NCBI RefSeq assembly: GCF_039541115.1
Contig: NZ_BAABFP010000008.1
Location: forward strand, 248,001-312,000
Length of the DNA stretch: 64,000 nt
Origin: Angustibacter luteus
Lineage (GTDB): Bacteria; Actinomycetota; Actinomycetes; Actinomycetales; Angustibacteraceae
Direction: 5' to 3'
Of this stretch, positions 47,907 to 57,472 are shown piece after piece. A model generated the notes under the pieces. That model did not search any database and was not told the origin of the DNA. It worked only from the letters and a program-made list of their open reading frames with translations. Each line of letters opens with the position of its first letter. The stretch's first letter is position 1. The position numbers were made by a program, and so were the translations under genes.

Positions 47907-48523
47907 GCGGCGACGTCCGGATCGACCGGGCCGTGCTGTCCGGCACGTTCTCGCTGGACGGCGAGACCTTCGACGTCGACAACAACCTCTGGGTGCTCGG
48001 CGACGACGACGAGTGCGTGGTCATCGACGCCCCGCACGACCGGGACGCCATCGCCGAGGTCGTCGGCGACCGGGACGTCCTGGCCATCCTGTGCACGCAC
48101 GCCCACGACGACCACGTGCGGGTCGCGCCGGCGCTGGCCGACCACTTCGGCGCGCCGGTGCTGCTGCACCCGGACGACCTGCCCGTGTGGCGGCTGACCC
48201 ACCCCGGCCGGATGCCGGACGGCGACCTCGCCGACGGTCAGGTGATCACCGTCGCCGGCACCGACGTCCAGGTCATCCACACCCCGGGGCACGCACCCGG
48301 TGCGGTCTGCTTCTTCGTCCCGTCGCTCGGCACCGTGTTCACCGGCGACACGCTGTTCCAGGGCGGTCCGGGCGCCACCGGGCGCAGCTTCAGCGACCTC
48401 CCGACCATCGTGCGCTCGATCCGCGAGCGCCTGCTCACGCTGCCGCCGGACACCGTCGTCCGGACCGGCCACGGCGACTCGACCACGATCGCCGCCGAGG
48501 CGCCGAACATCCCCGTCCTGTGA
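47903..48523 (+). CDS. MBL-fold metallo-hydrolase (mscR partner)
   Basis: THAHDDH, TPGH, FTGDTLF and [14 protein letters not shown] overlap. Confidence 0.9.
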   Translation: MSGDVRIDRAVLSGTFSLDGETFDVDNNLWVLGDDDECVVIDAPHDRDAIAEVVGDRDVLAILCTHAHDDHVRVAPALADHFGAPVLLHPDDLPVWRLTHPGRMPDGDLADGQVITVAGTDVQVIHTPGHAPGAVCFFVPSLGTVFTGDTLFQGGPGATGRSFSDLPTIVRSIRERLLTLPPDTVVRTGHGDSTTIAAEAPNIPVL

Positions 48524-48528
48524 CGTGC

Positions 48529-49029
48529 TCAGGGGCGGGGGACGACGAGGGCCGTGGCGATCGCGGCGACGCCCTCGCCCCGTCCGGTCAGGCCGAGCCC
48601 GTCGGACGTCGTCGCGCTCAGCGAGACCGGCGCCCCGCAGGCCGCTGACAGCGCCGTCTCGGCCTCGGCCCGGCGCGCCCCCAGCCGGGGGCGGTTGCCG
48701 ACCAGCTGGACGGCGACGTTGCCGATCTCGAACCCGGCGGCGCGCACGAGTCGCGCGGCCTCGGCCAGCAGCACCACGCCCGCCGCCCCGGCCCACTGCG
48801 GCTGCGACGTCCCGAACTGGGTGCCGACGTCCCCGATCCCGGCCGCGGAGAACAGGGCGTCACAGCAGGCGTGCGCGACGACGTCGGCGTCCGAGTGCCC
48901 CTCGAGCCCGCGTTCGCCCGGCCAGTCCAGCCCGGCGACCCGCATCGGGCGGTCGCTGCCCTCCGCAGCGAAGGCGTGCACGTCGGTGCCGACGCCGACG
49001 CGCGGCAGGCCTGAGCTCGAGGACGTCAC
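48529..49029 (-). CDS. ispF: 2-C-methyl-D-erythritol 2,4-cyclodiphosphate synthase
   Basis: GVGTDVH, GHSDAD and GLTGRGEG. Confidence 0.95.
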   Translation of the reverse strand: MTSSSSGLPRVGVGTDVHAFAAEGSDRPMRVAGLDWPGERGLEGHSDADVVAHACCDALFSAAGIGDVGTQFGTSQPQWAGAAGVVLLAEAARLVRAAGFEIGNVAVQLVGNRPRLGARRAEAETALSAACGAPVSLSATTSDGLGLTGRGEGVAAIATALVVPRP

Positions 49030-49694
49030 GGCGAGAGCCTAGTGAGCAGCCACTCCGCGAGCGCCAGGTCCTCGGCGGTCGTCACCTTCAACGCCAGCGG
49101 GTCGCCCTCGACCAGCCGGACCCGCACCCCGAGCCGCTCGACCAGCGCGGCGTCGTCCGTGGCCGCGCTGTCGCCGGCGGCGGCGTGCGCCCGCTCGAGC
49201 AGGGCCCGCTCGAAGCCCTGCGGGGTCTGCACCCGGCGCAGCGGCGCGCGGTCGACGGTGCCCACCACCAGGCCGGACGCGTCGACCTCCTTGACGGTGT
49301 CCACCACGGGCAGGCCGGGGACGACGGCGGGCGAGTCCGCCGTCACCGCCGACGCCACCCGGGCGACGAGCGCCGCGGGGGCCAGGCAGCGGGCCGCGTC
49401 GTGCACGAGGACGACGTCGACGTCGGCGGGCAGCGCGGCGAGCCCGGCGGCCACGGAGTCCTGGCGCTCGGCGCCGCCGGCCACCACCTGGGCCGCGTCA
49501 CCGAGCAGCGCCTGGGTCTGGCCGACCAGGGCGTCCGGCACGACCGCCACGATGGCGCGCACCCCGCCGTCGCGCAGCCGGGCGACCGCGTGCTCCAGCA
49601 GGGTCACCCCGGCCAGCTGCACGAACGCCTTGGGGCGGTCGGCGCCGAGCCGGCTGCCCGAGCCGGCGGCCACCACCACGGCGCCGGTCGTCAC
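49026..49694 (-). CDS. ispD: 2-C-methyl-D-erythritol 4-phosphate cytidylyltransferase
   Basis: AAGSGSRLG...PKAF, VHDAAR, QTPQGF and TDDA. Confidence 0.95.
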   Translation of the reverse strand: MTTGAVVVAAGSGSRLGADRPKAFVQLAGVTLLEHAVARLRDGGVRAIVAVVPDALVGQTQALLGDAAQVVAGGAERQDSVAAGLAALPADVDVVLVHDAARCLAPAALVARVASAVTADSPAVVPGLPVVDTVKEVDASGLVVGTVDRAPLRRVQTPQGFERALLERAHAAAGDSAATDDAALVERLGVRVRLVEGDPLALKVTTAEDLALAEWLLTRLSP

Positions 49695-49701
49695 GACGGG
49701 C

Positions 49702-50784
49702 TCACGAGGTCTGCGGGCGGCTGAACACCATCCGCCCGTTCGCGGTGGTCAGCACGCTGGTGACGACGACGGCGACGTCCTGGCCGACGCGGTCCCGGGA
49801 GCGCTCGGCGACGACCATCGTGCCGTCGTCCAGGTAGCCGACGGCCTGGCCCGGCTCCTTGCCGGCCTTGAGCAGGTTGACCCGGACGACGTCCCCGGCG
49901 GTCACCGGGGGACGCAGTGCCAGGGCGAGGGCGTGCAGGTTCATCACCGAGACGCCGGCCAGAGCGGCGGCCTTGGCGAGGTTGGTGTCCAGCGTGACCA
50001 GGACGGCCCGGCGGTCCAGGCACATCCGGACCAGCTTGGCGTCGACGTCCGGCACCTCCCGGGCGGCGTCCGGCACCACTTCCAGGTCGACGTCGCGCTG
50101 GCGGCGCAGGGCGTCGAGCGCCTCCAGGCCGCGCCGGCCGCGCGCCCGGCGCAGGTCGTCGCCGGCGTCGGCCAGCCCCTGCAGCTCGTCGAGCACCGGC
50201 TGGGGCACCAGGAACGAGCCGGTCAGGAAGCCGGCGGTGACGACGTCCACGATCCGTCCGTCGATGGCCACGGACGTGTCGAGGATCCGCTCCCCCGAGC
50301 CGGCCCGGGAGCCGCCGGACAGGCCGGCCTGCGCCCCGAACAGGGCCAGCAGGTCGTGTCGGCGGGCCACGCCGATCCGGTAGCCGAGCAGGGCGAGGGT
50401 GACGATGATGAAGCCGAACAGCGGGAGCATGACCACCTGGCTGCCGATCAGCAGCAGCGGCCAGGTCACCGCGGCCGCGAGCAGCACGCCGAGAGCGGCG
50501 CCGATCATGCCCGACAGGACCTGCTCGGTGGAGCGCTGGCGCAGGTTCCGCTCGGTCGCGGCCACGGAGCGAACGGTGAGCCGGGCGACGACCCCGCCCA
50601 GCACGTAGCCGATCGCGGCGCCGAGCAGCACCCCTGCACCCACGGCGTCCAGCGGGCCGAGCCGGACGTCGGTCGGCTCGGCCGCGACAGCGATCTGGTA
50701 GCCGAGGCCCGCGAAGAAGACGACGACGAACAGGCGCAGCAGCTCGATGACCCCGACGGGCACTCGCACGGGACGTGGGTTCAC
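49702..50784 (-). CDS. Membrane PIN/TRAM domain protein (YacL-like)
   Basis: About four TM helices; LDTSVAIDGR, VLDELQ, RGRRGL, VDAKL and TLDTNL; TRAM GKEPGQAVGYLDDGTMVV. Confidence 0.9.
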   Translation of the reverse strand: MNPRPVRVPVGVIELLRLFVVVFFAGLGYQIAVAAEPTDVRLGPLDAVGAGVLLGAAIGYVLGGVVARLTVRSVAATERNLRQRSTEQVLSGMIGAALGVLLAAAVTWPLLLIGSQVVMLPLFGFIIVTLALLGYRIGVARRHDLLALFGAQAGLSGGSRAGSGERILDTSVAIDGRIVDVVTAGFLTGSFLVPQPVLDELQGLADAGDDLRRARGRRGLEALDALRRQRDVDLEVVPDAAREVPDVDAKLVRMCLDRRAVLVTLDTNLAKAAALAGVSVMNLHALALALRPPVTAGDVVRVNLLKAGKEPGQAVGYLDDGTMVVAERSRDRVGQDVAVVVTSVLTTANGRMVFSRPQTS

Positions 50785-50812
50785 GGCACTCAGTGTGACG
50801 GACTCAGGGACG

Positions 50813-50851
50813 CGAAACGGCGGGGCACCCCGATGGGGCCCCGCCGTTTCG
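50813..50851 (-). terminator. Intrinsic terminator after carD
   Basis: CGAAACGGCGGGGC / GCCCCGCCGTTTCG stem. Confidence 0.7.
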
Positions 50852-50865
50852 GCGACTCGGTTGGC

Positions 50866-51348
50866 TCAGGAGGCCAGGACCTCGTCGAGGATCGCCTCGG
50901 CCTTGTCCTCGTTGGTGTGCTCGGCGAGCGCGAGCTCGCTCACCAGGATCTGCCGGGCCTTGGCCAGCATGCGCTTCTCGCCGGCGGACAGGCCGCGGTC
51001 CTTGTCGCGGCGCCACAGGTCGCGGACGACCTCGGCAACCTTGATGACGTCACCGGAGGCCAGCTTCTCGAGGTTCGCCTTGTAGCGGCGCGACCAGTTG
51101 GTCGGCTCCTCCGCGTGCGGGGTGCGCAGGACCTCGAACACGCGGTCCAGGCCCTCCTGCCCGACGACGTCGCGGACACCCACGAGGTCGAGGTTCTCGG
51201 CTGGTACTTCGATGGTCAGGTCACCTTGGGCGATCTTCAGGACAAGATAGATCTTGTCCTCCCCCTTGATCGTGCGGGTCTTGACCTCTTCGATCACTGC
51301 TGCCCCGTGGTGCGGGTAGACGACCGTCTCGCCGACTGTGAAGACCAT
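50866..51348 (-). CDS. carD: CarD transcription factor
   Basis: [18 protein letters not shown] and LSAGEKRML. Confidence 0.97.
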   Translation of the reverse strand: MVFTVGETVVYPHHGAAVIEEVKTRTIKGEDKIYLVLKIAQGDLTIEVPAENLDLVGVRDVVGQEGLDRVFEVLRTPHAEEPTNWSRRYKANLEKLASGDVIKVAEVVRDLWRRDKDRGLSAGEKRMLAKARQILVSELALAEHTNEDKAEAILDEVLAS

Positions 51349-51614
51349 GTGCTCTTATCCCCTTTCGCGGGTCTCCAGAATATCACGCGAATCCGGGCAC
51401 GCAGAAGGTGTCAGATCTGTATTCCTGCAGGTCAGAGGCCCTCTTTGTCACCTCACGGGGTCTTGACAGACCCGAATTCGCATGCTTCGCGCGCGTAGGA
51501 GGACGGCCTGCCGGCCCACCCGGACGCCGGCCCGATACGCTGTGCGACGGGTTCGGCCGACACCGGTCGGACCATGCCAGCCGGTCGCCAGATCCGAGGA
51601 GTGTCGTCGCCGTG

Positions 51615-52088
51615 ATGCGTCCCAGCCGCCGGGCTCTGGTGGCCCTCACCCTCGCCGGATCGATGACCACCCTGACGGCCTGCGCCGCCTTCTCACCGAT
51701 CACCACCGATGAGAACTACGACGCCGCGAACGGGGTCACCGCCACGGTCGGCAGCGTCGTCGGCCGCGACCTCGTGGTGATCGGCGACAAGGGCAAGGAG
51801 GGGCTGCTGTCCGGTGGCCTGGTGAACCAGGGCCAGGAGGACGTCAGCGTCGTCATCACTGCCAAGGGCCAGCCGCAGCCGGTCACTGTCATGGTGCCCA
51901 GGGGCGGGCTCGTCAGCCTGGGCAGTGGCGCCGACCAGACCAGCGTGGTCGTCGGCAACCTGACCGTCGCTCCCGGCTCGCTGCTGGACGTGACGTTCTC
52001 CAGCCCGACCGGCGGCGACGTCGTCACCGGCGTCCCGGTCCTGACGCCGACCGCCGAGTACGCGACGGTCACCCCCACCGCCGACTGA
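51615..52088 (+). CDS. Lipoprotein (LpqE-like position, divergent from carD)
   Basis: Lipobox LTAC; conserved syntenic position. Confidence 0.7.
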   Translation: MRPSRRALVALTLAGSMTTLTACAAFSPITTDENYDAANGVTATVGSVVGRDLVVIGDKGKEGLLSGGLVNQGQEDVSVVITAKGQPQPVTVMVPRGGLVSLGSGADQTSVVVGNLTVAPGSLLDVTFSSPTGGDVVTGVPVLTPTAEYATVTPTAD

Positions 52089-52103
52089 CCGTCCGGGCGA
52101 CGC

Positions 52104-52784
52104 TCAGGCGTCCAGCTTGTAGCCCAGCCCCCGCACGGTGGTCAGCATGGTCGGGTGGCCCGGATCGGGCTCGATCTTGGCGCGCAACCGCTTGACGTGC
52201 ACGTCCAGGGTCTTGGTGTCGCCGACGTAGTCGCTGCCCCACACCCGGTCGATCAGCTGGATCCGGGTGAGCACCCGCCCCACGTTGCGTAGCAGCAGCT
52301 CCAGCAGCTCGAACTCCTTGAGCGGCAACGCCACCGCCGCGCCGTCCACCGTGACGACGTGCCGCTCGACGTCCATCCGGACCCGTCCGGCGTGCAGCGT
52401 GGGCGCCAGCAGCTCCTCCGGCTCCTGGAGCCGGCGCAGCACCGCCTTGACCCGGGCCAGCAGCTCGCGGCTGGAGTAGGGCTTGGTGACGTAGTCGTCG
52501 GCGCCCAGCTCGAGGCCGACGACCTTGTCGATCTCGGAGTCCTTCGCGGTCAGCATGATGATCGGGACCTGGCTCTGCGCCCGCAGCCGCCGGCACACCT
52601 CGGTGCCGGACAGGCCCGGCAGCATGAGGTCGAGCAGCACGAGGTCCGCGCCGGCCCGGGCGAACTCGTCGAGCGCCTGCTGCCCGTCGGCGGCGACCGC
52701 GACCTCGTACCCCTCCTTGCGCAGCAGGTACGACAACGGGTCGGAGAAGGACTCTTCGTCCTCCACGACGAGGATGCGGCTCAT
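52104..52784 (-). CDS. regX3: OmpR-family response regulator RegX3/PhoP-like
   Basis: VVEDE, LDLMLP, GADDYVTKP and GDTKTLDVHVKRLR. Confidence 0.9.
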   Translation of the reverse strand: MSRILVVEDEESFSDPLSYLLRKEGYEVAVAADGQQALDEFARAGADLVLLDLMLPGLSGTEVCRRLRAQSQVPIIMLTAKDSEIDKVVGLELGADDYVTKPYSSRELLARVKAVLRRLQEPEELLAPTLHAGRVRMDVERHVVTVDGAAVALPLKEFELLELLLRNVGRVLTRIQLIDRVWGSDYVGDTKTLDVHVKRLRAKIEPDPGHPTMLTTVRGLGYKLDA

Positions 52785-53953
52785 CCGCGGGCCTCCTGGT
52801 TGGTCGGGTGAGCGGTGGACTCGGCGAGGTCGGTGGGCGCCGCGGGCAGCCGCATGGTGAACGTCGACCCCTGCCCGGGCTGGCTCCAGACGGTGACCTC
52901 GCCGCCGTGGTTGGCACTGACGTGCTTGACGATCGCGAGGCCGAGGCCGGTGCCGCCGGTGCTGCGCGAACGGGCCGGGTCCACGCGGTAGAAGCGCTCG
53001 AAGATGCGGACCTGCTCCTCCTCGGAGATGCCCACGCCCTGGTCGCTGACCTGCACCTCGACCAGTCCGTGGTGCAGCGTGACGGCGACGGCGACGCGGG
53101 TGCCGTGCCCCGAGTAGGCGATGGCGTTGTCGACCAGGTTGCGCAGCGCCGTCATCAGCAGGTCACGGTCGCCGAACACGCGGGCTGCCGGGTCGCCCGA
53201 GACGGCGAGCTCGACGTCCTTGGCCGCGGCGACCAGCCGGCAGCGGTCCACCGCCTCGGCCACGACCTCGTCGATCGACACCATCTGCGGTGCGTGCAGG
53301 GTGTCGGCGACCTGCAGCCGCGAGAGGTCCACGATCTCCTGGACGAGCCGGCTCAGCCGGCCCGCCTCGACCTGCATCCGGGCCGCGAAGCGCTGCACCG
53401 CGGCCGGGTCGTCGCTGGCGTCCTGCACGGCCTCGGCCAGCAGCGACAGGCCGCCGACGGGGGTCTTGAGCTCGTGGCTGACGTTCGCCACGAAGTCCCG
53501 GCGCACCTCCTCGACGCGGTGCGCCGCCGTGCGGTCCTCGACCAGCAGCAGGAGCAGGCCGCCGGACAGCGGAGCCACCCGCGCGCGCACGGTCAGCCGG
53601 GCCGGGCCGAGCGGACCGCGCGCCAGCTCGAGCTCGCTCTCCCGGATGACTCCGTCCCGGCGCACCTGGCGGACCAGGTGCCGCAGCTCGGGGTGGGTCA
53701 GGTCGGACCCGGAGACGATGCCGTAGGCGTACGCCGCCGGGCTGGCCTTGAGCACCGAGTCGTCGCCCGCCACCACCACGGCGCTCTCGCGCAGCACGGC
53801 CAGCACGTCGGCGACGCCGCGCGGGACGGCCGGCTCCGGTTGTACCGGGACGGCCTGCTGCGCCCGCTCGGACCAGCGGACCGCGAGAAGGGCCACCGCA
53901 CCCAGTGCGAGACCGGCGACGCCACCCAGCGTCGCTGCCGTTGCTGCATCCAC
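52781..53953 (-). CDS. senX3: Sensor histidine kinase SenX3/PhoR-like
   Basis: RRDFVANVSHELKTP, NLVDNA, DQGVG and GTGLGL. Confidence 0.9.
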   Translation of the reverse strand: MDAATAATLGGVAGLALGAVALLAVRWSERAQQAVPVQPEPAVPRGVADVLAVLRESAVVVAGDDSVLKASPAAYAYGIVSGSDLTHPELRHLVRQVRRDGVIRESELELARGPLGPARLTVRARVAPLSGGLLLLLVEDRTAAHRVEEVRRDFVANVSHELKTPVGGLSLLAEAVQDASDDPAAVQRFAARMQVEAGRLSRLVQEIVDLSRLQVADTLHAPQMVSIDEVVAEAVDRCRLVAAAKDVELAVSGDPAARVFGDRDLLMTALRNLVDNAIAYSGHGTRVAVAVTLHHGLVEVQVSDQGVGISEEEQVRIFERFYRVDPARSRSTGGTGLGLAIVKHVSANHGGEVTVWSQPGQGSTFTMRLPAAPTDLAESTAHPTNQEARG

Positions 53954-54014
53954 GGCACCAGCGTACGCACGATCTGGACGGGGTCCGTGCCACGCGCGGG
54001 TCGCTGACCTGCGA

Positions 54015-54065
54015 CTTCAGCGAATGTTCACCTCGGCACTGGCATCCGTTCACCAGGTGCTGACA
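54015..54065 (+). promoter_or_regulatory. PHO-box-like 11-nt-phased direct repeats
   Basis: GTTCACC at 54026 and 54048; CTTCAGC at 54015; GCTGACA at 54059. Confidence 0.7.
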
Positions 54066-54075
54066 CCCTCGCCGC

Positions 54076-54750
54076 ATGCGCAACGCGTTCCATGAAGGAC
54101 TCGACCACACGTCCGACCAGCTCGTCGAGATGACCCGGCTCGCCGGCTCGGCGATCGCCCGTGCCACCACGGCGCTGCTCGACGCCGACCTCGCCGTCGC
54201 CGAGAGCGTGATCGCGGCGGACGAGCAGATCGACCGCATCCAGCGCGAGCTGGACGAGCTCGCCCTGGACATGCTGGCCCGTCAGCAACCGGTCGCCACC
54301 GACCTGCGGACGATCGTCACCAGCATGCGGATGAGCGCGGACCTGGAGCGGATGGGCGACCTGGCCCGGCACGTCGCGAAGGTCGCCCGCCGTCGGTACC
54401 CCGACTCCGCCGTCCCGGCGACGCTGCGCGCGACGCTGCTGGAGATGGGTCAGGTGGCCGAGCGGATCGTCGCCAAGGCCGGGTCCGTGATCGCCTCCCG
54501 GGACGTCGCGCTCGCCGTCCAGCTGGAGCAGGACGACGACGAGATGGACCGCCTGCACCGGCAGCTGTTCAACCAGCTGCTGAGCGGCAACTGGCCGTAC
54601 GGCATGGAGGCGGCCGTCGACATCACCCTGGTCGGCCGCTACTACGAGCGGTTCGCCGACCACGCCGTGTCCGTCGCCCGCCGCGTCGTGTACCTGGTGA
54701 CCGGCGAGTGGCACGAGTCCTACGACCCCACCGCCGCACACACCCCCTGA
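54076..54750 (+). CDS. phoU: Phosphate signalling protein PhoU
   Basis: QQPVATDLR, DLERMGD and ERFADHA. Confidence 0.96.
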   Translation: MRNAFHEGLDHTSDQLVEMTRLAGSAIARATTALLDADLAVAESVIAADEQIDRIQRELDELALDMLARQQPVATDLRTIVTSMRMSADLERMGDLARHVAKVARRRYPDSAVPATLRATLLEMGQVAERIVAKAGSVIASRDVALAVQLEQDDDEMDRLHRQLFNQLLSGNWPYGMEAAVDITLVGRYYERFADHAVSVARRVVYLVTGEWHESYDPTAAHTP

Positions 54751-54774
54751 CCCCAGCGCGGCGCCCTCCCGGCA

Positions 54775-54841
54775 ACCCCGGATAGTCCGCTATTCGGGGT
54801 CATCCGGCCGCCATGACCCCGGAAAGACCGCTATTCGGGGT
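54775..54841. repeat. Two tandem 26-bp palindromic units (REP-like) between convergent phoU and gpmA
   Basis: ACCCCGGATAGTCCGCTATTCGGGGT (54775) and ACCCCGGAAAGACCGCTATTCGGGGT (54816). Confidence 0.75.
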
Positions 54842-54855
54842 GATGGGGGGCGGGC

Positions 54856-55608
54856 TCAGCGGCCTTGGTTGGCGACCGCGGCGGCGGCCTCGGCGGCGGC
54901 GTCCGGGTCCAGGTACTCCCCGCCCGGCGTCAGCGGCGTCAGCTCGGCGTCCAGCCGGTAGACCAGCGGCATACCGGTCGGGATGTTCAGGCCGGCGATG
55001 GTCTCGTCGTCGATCCCGTCCAGGTGCTTGACCAGAGCCCGCAACGAGTTGCCGTGCGCGGCGACCAGCACCGTCTTGCCGTCGACCAGGTCGGGCACGA
55101 TCCCGTTGTGCCAGTAGGGCAGGAAGCGCTCGAGGACGTCGGCCAGGCACTCCGCGCGGGGGGCGGCGGCCCCGAGGTCGGCGTAGCGCGGGTCCCGGGA
55201 CTGGGAGTACTCGGAGTCGTCGTCCAGCGGCGGCGGCGGGACGTCGTACGAGCGGCGCCAGAGCATGAACTGCTCCTCGCCGAACTCCTCCAGGGTCTGC
55301 TTCTTGTCCTTGCCCTGCAGCGCGCCGTAGTGCCGCTCGTTCAGCCGCCAGCTGCGCCGGACGTTGATCCAGTGCCGGTCCGCGACGTCCAGCGCGATGT
55401 TCGCCGTCGTGATGGCGCGGCGCAGCAGGGACGTGTGCAGGACGTCGGGCAGCAGGCCACGGTCGCGCAGCAGCTCGCCGCCGCGTCGTGCCTCGGCCTC
55501 GCCCTTCTCCGACAGGGCCACGTCCACCCAGCCGGTGAACAGGTTGCGGGCGTTCCACTCGCTCTCGCCGTGGCGGAGCAGGACCAGCGTGTACGGCTCG
55601 GCGCTCAT
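54856..55608 (-). CDS. gpmA: 2,3-BPG-dependent phosphoglycerate mutase
   Basis: [20 protein letters not shown] and AHGNSLR. Confidence 0.97.
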   Translation of the reverse strand: MSAEPYTLVLLRHGESEWNARNLFTGWVDVALSEKGEAEARRGGELLRDRGLLPDVLHTSLLRRAITTANIALDVADRHWINVRRSWRLNERHYGALQGKDKKQTLEEFGEEQFMLWRRSYDVPPPPLDDDSEYSQSRDPRYADLGAAAPRAECLADVLERFLPYWHNGIVPDLVDGKTVLVAAHGNSLRALVKHLDGIDDETIAGLNIPTGMPLVYRLDAELTPLTPGGEYLDPDAAAEAAAAVANQGR

Positions 55609-55631
55609 GCCGGAAGCCTAGCGAGCGGAGC

Positions 55632-56132
55632 TCAGCGCCCGGTGTCCAGGAGGTGGCGGAACGCCTCCAGGTTGCGGGTCGACTCCCCGCGCGAGACCCG
55701 CCAGTTCCACTCGCGCTGCATCGAGCTCAGGAACCCGATGGTCAGCAACGGGTCGAAGGACGAGTCCGCGGCGTCCAGCAGCGCGCCGAGCAGGCCGTCC
55801 AGGGTGTCCTCGGTGACGCCGACCAGCGGCAGCCGTCCGACGAGGTAGACGTCGCCGGCGTCGTCCGCCGCGAAGGCGATCCCGGTCAGGCGGGCGTTGC
55901 GCCGCAGCAGCCAGCGACTGAACTGCTCCGCGTTCTCGTCGGGGTGCCGGATCACGAACGCGGACGCCGACAGCGAGTGGTCCCCGACGAGCAGCGACAC
56001 CGTGGTGCGCAGCTTGTGCTCGCCGGGGAGGGTGGCGACGACCTCGCCGGGCCGGCCGCCGCGCTCGTGCTCGATCCCGGCCGCCGCCAGGTGGTCGAGC
56101 ACCAGCTGCTCGACCTCGTCGCGTGATGTCAC
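55632..56132 (-). CDS. YbjN-domain protein (mshA-gpmA intervening gene)
   Basis: [19 protein letters not shown] and [18 protein letters not shown]. Confidence 0.85.
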   Translation of the reverse strand: MTSRDEVEQLVLDHLAAAGIEHERGGRPGEVVATLPGEHKLRTTVSLLVGDHSLSASAFVIRHPDENAEQFSRWLLRRNARLTGIAFAADDAGDVYLVGRLPLVGVTEDTLDGLLGALLDAADSSFDPLLTIGFLSSMQREWNWRVSRGESTRNLEAFRHLLDTGR

Positions 56133-57436
56133 CGCACCGACGCTACCGGCGCACCCGGCCGGGCGAACGTCGACGTCGCCGCCTCGTACGCCAGCTCGAG
56201 GCCGTCCACGGTCGCGTCCCAGCTGAAACCGGCCGCGTGCTCGACCGCACCAGCCGCCAGCTCGGCCCGTCGCGCGTCGTCCAGCAGCAGGGCCTCCAGG
56301 TGAGCCGCCCACTGCGCCGGATCGTGCCCGGACACCAGCTCGCCGCTCACCCCGGGCGCCACCGCGTCGCGCAGCCCGCCGACGTCCGCGGCCAGCACCG
56401 GCGTCGCGCAAGCCTGCGCCTCCAGCGCCACCAGCCCGAACGACTCGCTGTACGAGGGGACGACGACCAGGTCCGCCGCGCGGTACCAGTGCACCAGCGC
56501 GTCACCCTCGGCCGGCTTCTCGAAGCGCACGCAGTCGTCGATGCCGAGCTCGCGGGCCAGCCGGATCAGCGAGGTGGGCTCCCGCAGCCCGGACCCGCTC
56601 GGCCCGCCCACCACGGCGACCACCAGCCGGCGGCGCAGCTCGGGGCGTCGGGCCAGCAGGTCCGCGGCGGCCCGCAGCAGCACGTCCGGGGCCTTGAGCG
56701 GCTGGATGCGTCCGACGAACAGCAGCAACGCGGCGTCCGGCGCCACGCCCAGCACGGCGCGCGCGTCCGCCCGACCGTCGGACCCGTCGGCGCCACCAGA
56801 GCCACCGGGGGTGAAGCGCGCGAGGTCCACGCCCGGGTGCACGACGCTGACCCGCCCTGGGTCGGCGCCGTACAGGTCCACCAGCTGGGTGGCCTCCTGC
56901 GCGGTGTTCGCGACCAGCCGGTCGGCGGCCTCGACGACCTGCTGCTCGCCGATCTCACGGCCTGGCGGCTCGGGGTCGTCCCCGTCGGCCAGCGCGAGGT
57001 TCTTGACCCGCGCCATGGTGTGCATGGTGTGCACCAGCGGCACCTGCCAGCGGTCGGCGGCGAGCCAGCCGACCTGGCCGCTGAGCCAGTAGTGCGAGTG
57101 GATCAGGTCGTAGTAGCCGGCGGGGCGGGCCGCCTCCGTGCGCATCACGCCGGACGCGAAGGCGCACAGCTGGCCCGGCAGGTCGTCCTTGCCCAGCCCC
57201 TCGAACGGGCCGGCCGTCACGTGCCGCACGAGCACCCCGGGGGCGAGCTCGGCCGCGGGTGCCAGGCTGCTGCTGGTCGCCCGGGTGAAGACCTCGACCT
57301 CGATGCCGCGCTGCGCCAGCCGGCGAGCGGTCTGCACGACGTACACGTTCAGGCCGCCGGCGTCCCCGGTCCCCGGCTGCGCGAAGGGGGAGGTGTGCAC
57401 GGCCAGCATGGCCACGCGGCGAGGGAGGTCCGTCAC
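56129..57436 (-). CDS. mshA: D-inositol-3-phosphate glycosyltransferase
   Basis: [35 protein letters not shown] and [13 protein letters not shown]. Confidence 0.95.
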   Translation of the reverse strand: MTDLPRRVAMLAVHTSPFAQPGTGDAGGLNVYVVQTARRLAQRGIEVEVFTRATSSSLAPAAELAPGVLVRHVTAGPFEGLGKDDLPGQLCAFASGVMRTEAARPAGYYDLIHSHYWLSGQVGWLAADRWQVPLVHTMHTMARVKNLALADGDDPEPPGREIGEQQVVEAADRLVANTAQEATQLVDLYGADPGRVSVVHPGVDLARFTPGGSGGADGSDGRADARAVLGVAPDAALLLFVGRIQPLKAPDVLLRAAADLLARRPELRRRLVVAVVGGPSGSGLREPTSLIRLARELGIDDCVRFEKPAEGDALVHWYRAADLVVVPSYSESFGLVALEAQACATPVLAADVGGLRDAVAPGVSGELVSGHDPAQWAAHLEALLLDDARRAELAAGAVEHAAGFSWDATVDGLELAYEAATSTFARPGAPVASVR

Positions 57437-57472
57437 GCCGTAGGCAACGCAGACACGGGGCTCCCCTGTTCC

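Noticed and set aside
49702..50784. VapBC toxin-antitoxin system
   Set aside because: The PIN domain is in a TM-PIN-TRAM (YacL) architecture with no antitoxin gene.
54775..54841. Possible mini-CRISPR array
   Set aside because: Only two units with a 15-nt spacer, and no cas genes or leader.
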